Below are positions 14,938-31,036 of a DNA stretch of 64,000 bases, one piece after another. Both the position numbers and the translations under genes were made by a program. The stretch comes from Eledone cirrhosa (lineage: Eukaryota). The notes under the pieces are model-generated. The model was not told the origin of the DNA and did not search any database. It saw only the letters and a program-made list of their open reading frames with translations. Each line of letters opens with the position of its first letter. Within the stretch, counting starts at the first letter, position 1. The stretch is taken from NCBI GenBank assembly GCA_964016885.1, contig OZ024741.1, forward strand, positions 214,706,001 through 214,770,000, written 5' to 3'.

Positions 14938-15160
14938 ATATTTTCAATAAACATGTTTTAACGGTCTATTCTCCGATTTTTCACTTTCCCACGTGCTTAC
15001 GCTCTACTAACTCTCTAGCCCACTAAATATTAACACTTCGAATATTTAATACTGCCGGCACTAGTATCGAGCACCTTTGGCATACGCTACTTGGCAAATA
15101 ACTATATGTATCACCTATCCCTCCTTTTTTTCTTTTTTTCTCTCTTTCTCGATACGTAAA

Positions 15161-15294
<134 letters not shown>

Positions 15295-15905
15295 ATATAT
15301 ATGCATGTGTATATGTTTGTACCCATGCACACACAAATACATGCATTAATTGATATAGTACAGCTATTAATTTGAGCCGTTGCTAAAACATAGTTGATAT
15401 GTTTGTGACAGTTTTAGAATAAGACAATACACAGCTTTAGGGTTTAGTAGGACACAATTTCCGAGACAAGCCTGACTGGTCATGGCTGGCCTTTCGGCGT
15501 AGGCTGAACTATTTACATAGCTAGCCTATTAAAGGGACAACAAAGAAATCTGGGATAGAGGCAGGGTGTGTTCATGAGGGGAATACAAGAACCCAAACCA
15601 CCCGTCCCTATCTGTTACAGCCTCCTAATCACAGCCCATAGATCCGGTATTTGGCAAACAACCTATTGAAGTTATTTCAAATTGCGGTGGTTGGGCGCAA
15701 GCTATTGATCACGCCTACTACCACGCCTTACCAGTTTCCGACCAGAACCTTCTAAAAGATATACACAATGTTTACAGCCTCTCATGTTTTTACCCTCTCC
15801 ACCAATCCTCACACCACCAGCCCTTTGCTCATCTTCTCTCCCTTCCTCGCATTGTGTTTGGTGCACTTAATTAAGTCAGGATGTCTCGTATGTACAAACA
15901 CGCAC

Positions 15906-15974
<69 letters not shown>

Positions 15975-16008
15975 TATTGGATTCTAAAATATATGTCTGT
16001 ATATAGCT

Positions 16009-16089
<81 letters not shown>

Positions 16090-16437
16090 TATATATATAA
16101 ATATATATATGTATGTATATATATATATGTGTGTGTATGTATGTATATATGTAAATGTATATATACATACATATATACATACATGTGTGTGTGCGTGCAT
16201 ATATATATATATAAATATAGATATGTACATATATATATATGTGTGTGTGCGTATATATGTATGTATATATGTAAATGTATATATACATACATATATACAT
16301 ACATGTGTGTGTGCGTGTATATGAGAAAATATATATATATATATAAATAAATATAGGTATGTATATATATATATATGTGTATCTGTATATATGTATGTAT
16401 ATATGTAAATGTATATACACATACATATATACATACA

Positions 16438-16501
<64 letters not shown>

Positions 16502-16849
16502 TATGTATATATATATATGTGTGTGTGTGTATATATGTATATATGTAAATGTATATATACATACATGTGTGTGTGCGTGTTGTGAACATATCAACAAGAA
16601 AAGCGCCTTTAATACAAGGCTATATTATTTTTACACTTGAAAACACAAACAGAATCACACACATACACCCAACACACACACACACGCGTGCGCACGTACA
16701 CATATACATACACACACACGTACACACACATACATGCACATAAATATAAACATCTCGCTAAAGGAAGTAGCTCCATGTACATGTGGTTGGCAGCGGCAAT
16801 GTCGTTGAAGACGTTAATTGTAAATGGAGGGAGAAAGAAAAGGGGGAGG

Positions 16850-18210
16850 AGGGCATTAGAGAGAAAGGGGGAGAGAGAGTATTAGAGAGATAGGAGGGAG
16901 GAGAGTGAGACAGAAAGGGGGAGAGAGAGTATTAGAGAGAAAGGAGGGGCGGGGCGAGTGAGAGAGAAAAGGGGAGAGAGAGTATTAGAGAGAAAGAAGG
17001 GGGAGAGTGAGAGAGAAAAGGGGAGAGAGAGTATTAGAGAGAAAGGAGGGGGCGAGTGAGAGAGAAAAGGGGGAGAGAGAGTATTAGAGAGAAAGGAGGG
17101 GGGCGAGTGAGAGAGAAAAGGGGAGAGAGAGTATTAGAGAGAAAGGAGGGGGTGAGAGAGAAAAGGGGGAGAGAGAGTATTAGAGAGAAAAGAGGGGGAC
17201 GAGTGAGAGAGAAAAGGGGGAGAATGAGTATTAGAGAGAACAGAGGGGCGGGGTGAGTGAGAGAGAAAAGGGAGGAGAGAGTATTAGAGAGAAAGAAGGG
17301 GGAGAGTGAGAGAGAAAAGGGGAGAGAGAGTATTAGAGAGAAAGGAGGGGGCGAGTGAGAGAGAAAAGGGGGATAGAGAGTATTAGAGAGAAAGGAGGGG
17401 GGCGAGTGAGAGAGAAAAGGGGAGAGAGAGTATTAGAGAGAAAGGAGGGGGTGAGAGAGAAAAGGGGGAGAGAGAGTATTAGAGAGAAAGGAGGGGGGCG
17501 AGTGAGAGAGAAAAGGGGGAGAATGAGTATTAGAGAGAACAGAGGGGCGGGGCGAGTGAGAGAGAAAAGGGGGAGAGAGAGTATTAGAGAGAAAGGAGGG
17601 GGGCGAGTGAGAGAGAAAAGGGGGAGAATGAGTATTAGAGAGAAAGGAGGGGGGGGCGAGTGAGAGAGAAAAGGGGGAGAGAGAGTATTAGAGAGAAAGG
17701 AGGGGGGCGAGTGAGAGAGAAAAGGGGGAGAATGAGTATTAGAGAGAAAGGAGGGGGGGCGAGTGAGAGAGAAAAGGGGGAGAGAGAGTATTAGAGAGAA
17801 AGGAGAGGAGAGTGAGAGAGAAAGGGGGAGAAAGAGTATTAGAGAGAAAGGAGGGGGGCGAGTGAGAGAGAAAAGGGGGAGAGAGAGTATTAGAGAGAAA
17901 GGGGGGGAGTGAGAGAGAAAAGGGGGAGAGAGAGTATTAGAGAGAAAGGAAGGGGGCGAGTGAGAGAGAAAGGGGGGAGAGAGAGTATTAGAGAGAAAGG
18001 GGGGGAGTGAGAGAGAAAAGGGGGAGAGAGAGTATTAGAGAGAAAGGAGGGGGGCGAGTGAGAGAGAAAAGGGGGAGAGAGAGTATTAGAGAGAAAGGAG
18101 AGGAGAGTGAGAGAGAAAGGGGGAGAAAGAGTATTAGAGAGAAAGGAGGGGGGAGAGTGAGAGAGAAAAGGGGAGAGAGAGAGTATTAGAGAGAAAGGAG
18201 GGAGGAGGGT
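16850..18210. repeat. Purine-rich minisatellite (about 50-bp unit)
   Basis: Repeated GAGTGAGAGAGAAAAGGGGGAGAGAGAGTATTAGAGAGAAAGGAGGGGGGC. Confidence 0.95.
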
Positions 18211-18383
18211 GTGTGAGAGAGAGACAGAGAGATAGAGGGTCAGGCGATTGAGGGCCATCTATCCATGCCTCCATACATAAAATTTACACATTTTATACAT
18301 ACATACAGATATGCACATATGTAGTATACATATATACACGCATACATACAAACATGCATAGTAAATACACACACACACACTCA

Positions 18384-18965
18384 TACGAGGAGGCTTCAAA
18401 TAGTTCGTGGAAAAAACGGTATAAGTTATGTTTATTTTTTAACATATGCTCCATCTAAGTCAATACATTTCTTGGCCAGTTTTCTCAAAACGCCTTCATA
18501 ATATGCAGCTGTAATTGTTTTGTTCTCGAGGAAGCCAACCAGAAAAATTTCCTCTGCATCCCAGAAGACAATCTCCATTACCTTCACTCTTGAACGCTCC
18601 AATTTTGCATTAACTGACCCACTTCCACCCCTGGATAGCCACAGCTTCGTTTGAAATTCGTCCTCGGGATTGAAATGGTAGAGCCACGTTTCATTCCCGG
18701 TAAGCTGCAGGGTCTTTATCACATCACAATTGTTCAAAATTTCCATCGAAACATCTGCCCTTGTCTGCTGTTGATGTGGGCGCCAGAGCTTTGGGACCCA
18801 CCGAGCGGAAAGCTTGCTCAGCCCCAAACTCTCAACCAGAAATGTGTGTGCAGAAGCCACGGAGATGGTATTATTCGCATATCATTTTCAATAAAGTCAC
18901 GAAGAGACTGACGTGGATGACCTGCCACTGAGGGTATCATCTTCAACCTCATCTCTCCCACTTCT
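18384..18965 (-). mobile_element. Internally deleted mariner transposon remnant
   Basis: ARWVPK, TGNETW, VFWD, CIDLDGAYV motifs; TACGAGG terminus at 18384. Confidence 0.88.
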
Positions 18966-18969
18966 AATA

Positions 18970-19310
18970 GTTTCACTTTCACTTTAGTTTCACTTTCACC
19001 TTCACTCTTGTTTTACATTCACTTTAGTTTCACTTTCACCTTCACTCTTGTTTTACATTCACTTTAGTTTCACTTTCACCTTCACTCTTGTTTTACATTC
19101 ACTTTAGTTTCATTTTCACCTTCACTCTTGTTTCACATTCACTTTAGTTTCACTTTCACCTTCACTCTTGTTTCACATTCACTTTAGTTTCACTTTCACC
19201 TTCACTCTTGTTTCACATTCACTTTAGTTTCACTTTCACTTTCACTTTAGTTTCCCATTCATTTTAGTTTCACTCTTACTTTAATTTCCCATTCACTTTA
19301 GTTTCACATT
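18970..19310. repeat. 40-bp minisatellite
   Basis: Repeated ACTTTAGTTTCACTTTCACCTTCACTCTTGTTTTACATTC. Confidence 0.95.
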
Positions 19311-19567
19311 CGTTGTAAAAGATGATGAGATAAACGGATATTTGTGTGGTTTTGTGTTGTCCATTTTCTTCCTTTACGCCTTTCTTCCTATCCCTTCATC
19401 GTGCCAACACACTTCTAGCCGCAGAGTTTTGTCTTTTAAAGCAAATTCTACTAACGCTGTCCTTGATATTATTTATTTTTGTAACAGTTCCTTTGCGTTG
19501 AGATCTTCTCAATATTGTACAAATTTTAATACATTTGCTCTCCAACTCGATCTTCGAGAAAACTTTG

Positions 19568-19679
<112 letters not shown>

Positions 19680-19707
19680 AGGGGGGGGGAGAGATAGTGA
19701 GATAAAT

Positions 19708-19778
<71 letters not shown>

Positions 19779-20039
19779 CACAGATAGATAGATATACATA
19801 TCTATATACAATATATAACTGTGGTTAGGTTGACACATTTTACATTAAGCTTATACGCATACACACACACACGCGCACACACACATATGTTTGTGCGTAT
19901 GTGTGTGTGTTAGCGTGCAATAATTTTTAGCTATCACTGTGTCAGCTAAAATAATGGTTGACTTACATGAAAGACATATTATTGGGGTTGTTCTATTGTT
20001 CTTCTTCTCATTACTAAATATTCACTATTATTCCTCGAC

Positions 20040-20495
20040 CAATCGGGCACAGCGATCGGTTGAAACTCCACTTTGGCGTTATTTAGAGTGATAGTAGAGA
20101 GCAAGGGCGACAACCACCTTAGGGAGACTCTGGGCGTCAATGAAAACAAACTAGCCTATACCTTCGGGAGAATATTCGAGCCGGTGCCCATGGACACCTT
20201 CCAGAAACCCTGTGCCTTGCAGTGTTATCGAGGATCTTTGCCAGTTCGGGATAATATTTACAGTCATGGAAGTGTCATCAGGTTAACTGTGGCTTTTTTA
20301 TGGGCTTTCTCCAAGAGTGACCCTCGGAAGTCTCCCCTTTATAGGGGAATTTCCTTAGTTTCATTTTTGTGTAACATCTTTTGTTTTTGTTTCATGTACG
20401 TGTTTTTACACGCAGCAACGCCCATTTGTACCGTCCTGTGTCGTCCTTAATGTTATGCTTTGTGTCAACCCTTGTGGTTAATAAAGAATGCATTA
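20040..20495 (+). mobile_element. Tx1/L1-type LINE 3' remnant
   Basis: MDTFQK..ALQCYRGSLPVRD similar to 27978-28830; ends CCTTGTGGTTAATAAAGAA plus (ATT)n. Confidence 0.75.
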
Positions 20496-20712
20496 TAATT
20501 ATTATAATAATTATCATTATCATTCTCATTTCATTTATCTTGCTTTATGTTCTTCATAAGAGTTATCACCCAATCACAACCAGTGACCTCAAGAGGCAAC
20601 ATGGTCCACCATGTTCAACAGACACACACACATGTATCTTTAGGTGTTTACATTTCCTTAGTATATGGGCAGTTCCCATTAGTACTATCTTACGTCCCTT
20701 TACGTAACTCTG

Positions 20713-21100
20713 GTGGAGTTCAAATCCCGTGGAGGTTAACTTTGCCTTTCATCCTTACGGGGTCGATAAAATAAAACACCAGTAATGTACTGGGTATTTG
20801 CTGGCCTTGTGCCAAAAGTAGAAACAATTATTATATAATAATATATAACTATCACCATGTCAAATAAGAAATCGACGGTTGACTTACACTAAGTGCATGC
20901 AATTCTCATATTATGTGGATTGGCAGTATAGGTAGAGGGTCGGGCGCCATGCTTTCCAGCACAGTTACGTCCCTTTGCGGTCTGAGTTCAAATCCCGCCG
21001 AGCTTAACTTTGCTTTTCATCCTTACGGGGTCGATAAAATAAAGTACCAGTAATGTACTGGGTAATTGATGGCCTTGCGCCTAAAGTAGAAACAATTATA
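20713..21100 (+). mobile_element. Two SINE family 1 copies (20713-20831 truncated; 20915-21100)
   Basis: B-box and central domain as at 78-270. Confidence 0.88.
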
Positions 21101-21355
21101 TTATTATTGTTGTTGTTATTAACATTCTCCATTGTTTTTGTTGTTGTTGTGACTGTTGTTATTGTCCCACTCGCCCTATTCTTCGGAGTTAATATAAAAG
21201 CTTTGAACAGGTCCCAGATATATATCTATTAAGATAAAAGCACGCAAATTTAGCCTATATCTTTTTCTAACGTCTGCGCACGCGTGTGCGTGTGTGTTTG
21301 CATGCATATGCGTGTAAACACATACATACACATATGTATTATATATATATATATA

Positions 21356-21390
<35 letters not shown>

Positions 21391-21429
21391 ATATTTATAC
21401 ATATGTATGCACACACATATATATATATA

Positions 21430-21508
<79 letters not shown>

Positions 21509-21597
21509 ACATACATATACACAGACAACCCATATCGAGTCTTCTCTGGATTTTGGGTTTGAATATACTATTACCACTATACACACACACACACACA

Positions 21598-21642
<45 letters not shown>

Positions 21643-21719
21643 GTATATATATGTATGTATGCATGTATGCATGTATTTATGTAAGTGTGTGTGTGTGTTT
21701 GTATAAATATGCATAAATC

Positions 21720-21840
<121 letters not shown>

Positions 21841-22169
21841 ATTAATATACTCATTTATTCTTGTCGATTGAGTGAACGGAATCACCAACAGTATAGAAGA
21901 AGGCATGCGATATTGTTATTAGCAAGCGTACACCATGATTATAGATGATTAACCACGTAACCCCATGTGGATATCCTTTAATTACTGTGCACTCTATCAC
22001 CTAACACGGGCTTCCACGAGACAACCATAATTTAAGGAGGAGATAATCGAGCTTACTTTGCTCTTGAATTTAATCTCCCATTCACACACACTCTCTCGTT
22101 CGCATTTTCTCTCTCTCACTCTCTCTCTCTCTTTTATCTCTCTCACTCTCTCTCTCCCTATATATATAT

Positions 22170-23045
22170 AATAAAATGTCGTACTCTCCTTGAAGCATTG
22201 TATATAATATATTATGTAATATGGAAAGTGATATGACACTGTAAAATGCACGATAACATGATGGTAATGAAAAATTGAGTTGACTGGTAATATTTGTTTG
22301 TTTTTGTTGCTGTTTTTTTTTATCATAATATTTCGGGACTTAAGAATCCTTCTTCAGAGTATAAGGAACTTAGAGAAAACTGTTCCGCTTTCTTCTCTCT
22401 GGAATTAGATTTATATTTAAATTTTACGGACCGCATTCAACCTGGAAGATGTCGCCGGTTGCCGATGTTATATTTCATGAAATCAATTTCCTTGTATGAG
22501 ATGTTATTTAGGTTGCATGTGAGCGCGTGTGGGTGTGTCCTTTTAAAGTCAAATATTGTGTGCTGAGTTCTAATCTGTTACTTATTTGTGGGTTGTGTCT
22601 AAATATGAGCATGGCTTCCTTAATTCTTAAATTGCCCACATTTCTCTCTCTGGCTGCAATAGTGACTTTTATATTTTTGTTGGTGTCTCTGCATTTGTCA
22701 ATGTCTCTTTTGAATGAGGATGTTTATGTGTTGAGGTTTTCTTTGATGGAGGTGGGAGGGGGGAGTCGAGTCGTCCTAGCAATGTAAACCTCCTTACATT
22801 TGCTGCATTCAATCCGGTATACCACATCTGTCCACTGGCACTTATCTTTGTCGCGGATAGGGCAGTTAGTCAGCGAGCATTGGTTGATGTTGTCTCTGGA
22901 TTGATTTTAGACAGGTATCCACGCAGTAAAGGGCCGGAGTGTGCCAATTGTATGTCCAGTCCTTCTTTGCGGATGGCTCTGCGAATGGCTCTGCGGATAG
23001 CTGTAGTTGTGCTTTCGCTGAAGTGTGCTATTTTCATGAAGCAGG
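22170..23045 (-). mobile_element. PLE 3' remnant: GIY-YIG end plus hammerhead at 22325-22360
   Basis: Minus-strand translation CPIRDKDKCQWTDVVYRIECSKCKEVYIARTTR...LRIKEAMLI..HNPQI; CTGAAGA aggattcttaagtccc GAAAT. Confidence 0.8.
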
Positions 23046-23427
23046 TGTTAGGGGTGGAGGATACTCATTAGGACGCCACATTCTCTCTAGAAGACATTGT
23101 TACTACTAATAAATATATACATACGCACACACACACACACACACACGTATATGATGTGTGTGTCATTGTATATAATATATATGTAAGATTTAGTCAGTAA
23201 TATACATTACATCCCAATGAACAATATAGCTTAGAATACATCTTAAATAAGCTTATAAATACAAATATAGAACCAGCTCAAATCAGATTCAGAATTAATC
23301 AAAAGGAAGAACGCACTAAAGTATTTTTAAATAAAAAAAAACATATAAGCGTCTCACCCCAGGGGTAAAATTATTTTCAAACGACCTAAATTTGCCATCT
23401 CAACCAATTAAGATAGTTATTTTTGAT

Positions 23428-23507
<80 letters not shown>

Positions 23508-23509
23508 TA

Positions 23510-24050
23510 AACAAGAAGATTAAATTTAACTTCGTTTATTCATAGTCCCTGTTATATATATTTCGGTGATAACCATTATGCAACAGCTATGACCTCGTCC
23601 GGCAGCTAGAATTTGAAACAAATAAACAGAAAAACATAGACGTAGAATAAAGCTTACTTCTCTTATTTCAATTTCATTGATATGCTTCGGGCTGAATTTT
23701 GGTGTTACTTTCTCAAGGCACCGGTAGCACATGAGAAAGCAACACCAAAATTCAGCCCGGAGCCTATCAATGAATCGAAATAATAGAAATAAGCTTCATT
23801 CCATATTTATGTTTTTCTGTTATTTTTCTGTTCAAATTCTAGCTGCCTGATGAGGTCATAACTGTTGCATAACAGTTATTCCCGAAATATATATAACAGC
23901 GACTGTGAATAAACGAGGTTAATATTAACCTGTTGACATATACTTCTGCTTTATAAATATACTCCGAAGTAAACAGAACCTCTTGCGCACTCCATCGAGT
24001 CCTCTACCTTGAATACTGAAGTGTCAGTGATGAACTAACACATTCTCGGA

Positions 24051-24055
<5 letters not shown>
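23510..24055. mobile_element. Foldback element with diverged arms
   Basis: 23526-23716 versus 23732-23922 inverted, about 15-nt spacer; right arm extends to (TA)n. Confidence 0.8.
23842..23900 (+). ncRNA. Type I hammerhead motif
   Basis: gctgc CTGATGA ggtcataactgtt gcat aacagttattccc GAAAT atat ATA acagc; degenerate mirror copy on minus strand at about 23548-23606. Confidence 0.8.
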
Positions 24056-24107
<52 letters not shown>

Positions 24108-24210
24108 CATTACATTTTGCATTGAGTAATATTGAAATGCAGAGATTTTCTCCATAAATTATATCACTGATTTAAAGGCGCATATATATACACATATATA
24201 CACATATATA

Positions 24211-24936
24211 CTAGCCGAATTACCCGCGCCTTTAAATCAGTGATATTATTTATGGAGAAAAACTCTGCATTTCAATATTACTCAATGTAAAATGTAATGC
24301 ATGAAAATTTGGAAAACGTTATTTTTCAAATCCCGCCGAGGTTAACTTTGCCCTTGATCCTTACGGGTTCGATAGAATAAACTACCAGTAATTCACTGGT
24401 TAATTGCTGGCCTTGTGCCAAAAGTAGAAACAATTATTTTTTGTAATACCGTATATCAAATCAAAATTACATTATTAAATCTTATTCTTGTAAATAATTT
24501 TTTTCAAAATATCAATTCAAAACTTTTGTGAATTGGCATCATAACTTGTCATATACCTATGGTTTAAATTTCATATAAATCGAAGGGAAACAATTTTCAG
24601 CGGAGGTTTGTGCCTCAGGGGAACCCTAATATTGGGTTTAACCCCTTTTAGGGTGTCTTAATATTATTTAAAGTTACTGAAATTTCGTGAATTGCCATCA
24701 TATCTTGTAATTTACCTATCGTTTAAATTTCATATAAATCGAAGGGAAAAAACATTCAGTGGGGTTTTGTGGCCCTAGGGAACGCTTTGATTAAAATGAA
24801 ATATACTTATCCAAGTACCTTGGGCAATGTAGTTTCAGAATATATATGGTTATGGGGGTCTATCTCAAAAACCATAGGAGGAGTTCGTGAACAAACAAAC
24901 AAAAAATAGACAGGAATACAATTTTATATATATAGA
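24211..24936 (-). mobile_element. Non-autonomous Helitron containing a SINE fragment (24326-24436)
   Basis: Minus strand begins A|TCTATATATATAAAA, has (GTTT)n near the 5' end, and ends GCGCGGGTAATTCGGCTAG|T. Confidence 0.65.
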
Positions 24937-25680
24937 TATATGTAATATACGTATGTATATATATATATATGGCATATATTTTGTCTTTAAACTTAAGCCA
25001 GCTCTAACTAAATACAGCGAAGTGATGGGTCATGTAAGAGCGATATAGAGGGCGGGGTGGGGGGAAGAGTCACCTTTCTAAGGAGTTATATTATAGAGAA
25101 TCATCAGATCGATCAATATGAAATCAATGATTAATAGAGAAAAGAAGAAAGAATAAAAAGGTAAACAAATAAAGCAAAACATCAAAAAAAAAAAAAAAGA
25201 ATTAATAAGAAACTATTTAATAAATAGGTGGAGAAAATTGTGTAAACAAATTGTTGCAGACGATAGCTTGTTAGAGATCGATAGGTATGTATTTATAAAT
25301 AGTTTATTCGATAAAATTTAGTCGTTCGTTTCGAAGAAGACTTTGTAATTGAGACAAAAAGATGAAACGATGTAGGTGTGGAGGAATCAAATGATGATGC
25401 TATATGATTACATATTTCAGACAAAACAACTAGACATCTATAAATTTATTTCAGATAATTCAATCTTGAAATCTTTTGTAGAAGAAGACTGTTATTGAGG
25501 AATCAGTGGCGTGGTTTTATGTGTATCATTTGCTGTAATGGTCGAAAGATAATTATATCGACAATACACAGCGATCTCCTTAAAATTGGTTATAATTTCA
25601 AAGACGAAATATATAGTTTATGACATGCTTTCAATGCTCTCTCTGTAATTAAATGTTTTCTACGTCTTGTTTAAATGTGT

Positions 25681-25732
<52 letters not shown>

Positions 25733-25909
25733 CATATATAAATATATATATGTGTGTGTCAGTGTGTGTGCGTGTATATGTGTATTTATATATATATGAT
25801 ATATATATATATATATATATAAACACATTTATATATATATATATATATGTAAACACACATTTGTATATATATATATATAGTTATGCAATAAACAACATAA
25901 AATAATTAA

Positions 25910-25971
25910 TTCATTTACCAGTGGTTTCTTGAAGTCAGATATTTATATATGTCTTCAGTCGTCAGAAAGAA
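25910..25971 (-). ncRNA. Hammerhead motif (family K)
   Basis: ttcttt CTGACGA ctgaagacatata..tatctgacttcaa GAAAC cactg GTA aatgaa; related to 39796-39853. Confidence 0.7.
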
Positions 25972-26019
25972 TAATACGGAATGTTTATTAAATATTGATT
26001 TCTATATACAGATTTCATG

Positions 26020-27048
<1,029 letters not shown>

Positions 27049-27201
27049 TATATATATATATATATACATATATATATAATATATATATATATACATATAT
27101 ATTATATATATATGTATATATATATGTATGTATTCATACATATATTATGTATTTATTATATACATATATACATATATAAATTATATATATATGTATATTT
27201 G

Positions 27202-27329
<128 letters not shown>

Positions 27330-27367
27330 TATATATATATATATTTTTTTTATATATATATATAGAA

Positions 27368-27425
<58 letters not shown>

Positions 27426-27501
27426 GTATGTATTCATACATATATTATGTATTTATTATATACATATATACATATATAAATTCTATATATATGTATATTT
27501 G

Positions 27502-27538
<37 letters not shown>

Positions 27539-27633
27539 AAATATACATATATATAGAATTTATATATGTATATATATGTATATAATAAATACATAATATA
27601 TGTATGAATACATACATATATACATATATAATA

Positions 27634-27702
<69 letters not shown>

Positions 27703-27756
27703 TTATATATATATACATATATTTTTTTTTTAATGTATGTATGTATGTATAGATAT

Positions 27757-28835
27757 GTTTCTTTATTAGCCACAGGGGCACAAAAGAAGGGGACAAATAG
27801 AAAGGGGGAAGTTTACATACAATAAAAATGTGTAAAATATTATCACAAATGCAATTTAAAAATTAATCGATTTTCCCCAATATGGGTAACACATACCCCC
27901 GAAATTAATGTGCAACCCTCATCTCCAGGAGTACGAAGAGTTTGTACCCCTTTCCTCTCCTCCTCTATTTCCTCAACCTACAGGCTGATATAGAGGGCCA
28001 TTCTCGCCACTTTCACCCACCTTTCATAAAACTTGCTGGGGTACAGCACCTCTCTCTCCATCCTGATTCTTCTTCCAAAGGGGTATTTGAAAAAAAGAAT
28101 CAGTTGTTGGCCGGAGAGAAAGGTGTCTGACCTCAGCCCTTTCAACCTTGTCCACCATACAACCTCTTTAGCCATAGCTATCACACAAAGGAAAACCGCC
28201 TCTCCTTCCTTTTTGAAGGAGGGTGGCGGTTTGATCATGACAATGGACTCGGTGGTCAACTGGACTGGTCCCACCCGCGACAATAGTCGTTCCACATAGC
28301 CCCACATGTCGGTGACGCCCGGGCAGTGTATGAATGCGTGCACAACGGCTTCGTCGTCTCGTACGCACCTCGGACAGATCTTTTTTGCAGGGTCCCTGCC
28401 GGGGCGCCCATGTCTGTAGAGCTTGTCTCGAACTGGTAGAGCTCCTCGGTAGTACTGCCAGGCCAGGGACTTTTGGAAGTTGTCCATCGGTCCCAGGCGG
28501 AAGGTCCTACCGATCAGACTGGCCAGTTCGTCTTCCTCTACGCCCAGAGTTTCACCGAGCACGTCGTCGCACTTGCTGCGGATCAACCCTCTATAGAATG
28601 ACGAAGTGGACTCTCCACTGACTGCCGGGTCCGCCTGCCAGAGGGCTGTGAGCGCCTGAGCACATTCGATGTGCCAGTCGCCCATTTTCCTCGGTCTTTG
28701 CTTGACCCAGGACTGCAGCTCGGTCAGCGAGACGTGTCGTGGGAAGGCTCTACATAGAGATGCCCCAGCCTGAGCGCGTGTTTGCGCATCGTCAGCCACG
28801 GCATTCCCAGCCCTCCGTTGGAAGGGCGTTGGCAG
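27757..28835 (-). mobile_element. Tx1/L1-type LINE 3' portion
   Basis: DNFQKSLAW..RGALPVRDKL, CPRC..E.VVHAF.HC zinc knuckle; 3' end GTGGCTAATAAAGAAAC plus simple-repeat tail. Confidence 0.85.
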
Positions 28836-29025
28836 CAGAAAGTTGTGTGAAGGGTGGGTTATCCATGTGCGCGCTATGTATGTGTGTTTCGTGAAAGTTA
28901 TTACATGTGTACGCGTTTGTGTGTATATCTCCAAATGCATATTGTTTCTATTTGTGTTTTGTGCATGTATAAAGAGGCTTCTAAGACAATTTCTAAATGA
29001 AGAACGTAATCTTCGCGTATATTTA

Positions 29026-29204
29026 ATAATTGTTTCTACTTTTGGCACAAAGCCAGCAATTACCCAGTACATTACTGGTACTTTATTTTATCGACCCCGT
29101 AAGGATGAAAGGCGAAGTTAACCTCGGCGGGATTTGAACTCAGACCGTAAAGGGACGTAACGATGCTGGAAAGCATGGCGTCCGACTCTCTACCGATACT
29201 GCCA
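29026..29204 (-). mobile_element. SINE family 1 copy
   Basis: Reverse complement of the 20915-21100 type. Confidence 0.88.
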
Positions 29205-29241
29205 TGAATCATGTTTTAGCACGCAAGATTTAGACGAGAAG

Positions 29242-29375
<134 letters not shown>

Positions 29376-29419
29376 TATGTATATATATAAGGCAAAACAA
29401 AATATTGGTTTTTGATTTA

Positions 29420-29595
29420 TGCACAAGGCCAACAATTGCGGGGGGAGTCGATTAAATCGATCCAGCGTATGACTGGTACTTTATTTTATCGACCACGTAC
29501 GGAGGAAACCTAAAGCTAACCTCGGCGGGATTTGAACGCAGAATGTAAAGGGCTGAAACACTATGCCACTATGCATGTCCGACGTTCTACCGACG
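29420..29595 (-). mobile_element. SINE family 1, longer variant
   Basis: Central domain plus extra GATCGATTTAATCGACTCCCCC segment, also present at 63155-63185. Confidence 0.75.
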
Positions 29596-29754
29596 TTCTA
29601 CCGGCCTCAGGCAAAACAAAATAAGGAAGATGATTTCTTTATTAACCAGAGGGGATTGCATATATATAATAAACCTTATTTTATACCCGAAATGCTTCAG
29701 AACTGATGTGCGTCGGACAGAAGTGTTTTGGATTTGGGATTTTGAATTTATTCG

Positions 29755-29982
29755 GATGTTGAAATGTTTGTAAATTTCCTGGCTTTGGATCAAAGAAAAT
29801 ACGAGAGGATCAGTTAATTATGAGTTTATTCAACATATTCCTCTCTCCCTCCCAGGTTCACACTCCTACTGCAGCGGTCCTTCAAGTTTTCTAAGCCCAG
29901 GAAAAATAACTCGTAAGGTTAGGCTTGCAGCCAAGCCTCTGTTGCAACGATAAAGCCAGGAACGTTTCAGCATCCCCTCGTA
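29755..29982. mobile_element. Mariner-derived miniature element
   Basis: TTCCTGGCTTT ... AAAGCCAGGAA inverted; right terminus CATCCCCTCGTA. Confidence 0.65.
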
Positions 29983-30610
29983 CAGCATCTATATAAGGGG
30001 ACAGCATGGGAATGGAACTTATACCTAAACAGAATGTACATTTACATTTTATAATACACCTTATAAATATATCATGAAGGTAGTTCAACATAATATTGTC
30101 AGCAGTGGAAAATGGTCGGAATTTTTCTATTCTCTTATTTTAGAATTTCGGGTAGAAGATTCTTAACCTGTCTAAACACAAGGTTCCACTACGTGTAGAC
30201 CTGGTCGAACAAATTTAGGGGTAGAGGCAAGAACGTACACGATTATCAGCTAGAATTTATCATAAAACATAAAAACAGTTGCGTGAGAAGCTTCTGGTAA
30301 CATCAAGTCAGAAAATACCGCATTCCTGATCACACAAGCAAGTTTTTGGAGAGGCCATCAAACAAAAGAGTTTATTTTCTGGACAAGACTGACCATTTAT
30401 CCCAAAGGCTACCGAGAATTTAAAACATTATCTAATTATTTTAAGCCATCGATATATTAATTAAACATTAGGGATCGGGTTCATAATCTTATTTGTAATT
30501 AACAAATTTAATAAATTAAAACAAACAGGAAATATAATTTTGTTTTTCTTTCTTTAGTAAATACAATTCCTTTCTCTCTGAATCCTTATATAAGTATGCA
30601 CATGTACACC

Positions 30611-30729
<119 letters not shown>

Positions 30730-30891
30730 CCACCCGTCCCCTCAACTATCTTATTTCTCATTATTTTTTCGGATGAAGGACTAGCGTCCGAAACGTTAAG
30801 ACCATCTTCCTGGTATTTCAAGCTTTAACCTAATATATTCCTTCCATATACTGTACCGATTGTGTTGTTATTTCTGTTTACACTTTACATG

Positions 30892-30992
<101 letters not shown>

Positions 30993-31036
30993 TATATGAC
31001 TCTCCCCAAGTATATATATATATATATATATATACA

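Noticed and set aside
16850-19310. Regular repeats as possible CRISPR arrays
   Set aside because: No unique spacers, no cas genes, eukaryotic context
25227-25283. Possible F-box-like exon (WRKLCKQIVADDSLLEID) with AG/GT borders
   Set aside because: Too short, with no supportable neighbouring exons
28835-29072. N-terminal part of the 364-aa ORF 27978-29072
   Set aside because: Chance read-through from SINE and flank into the LINE remnant
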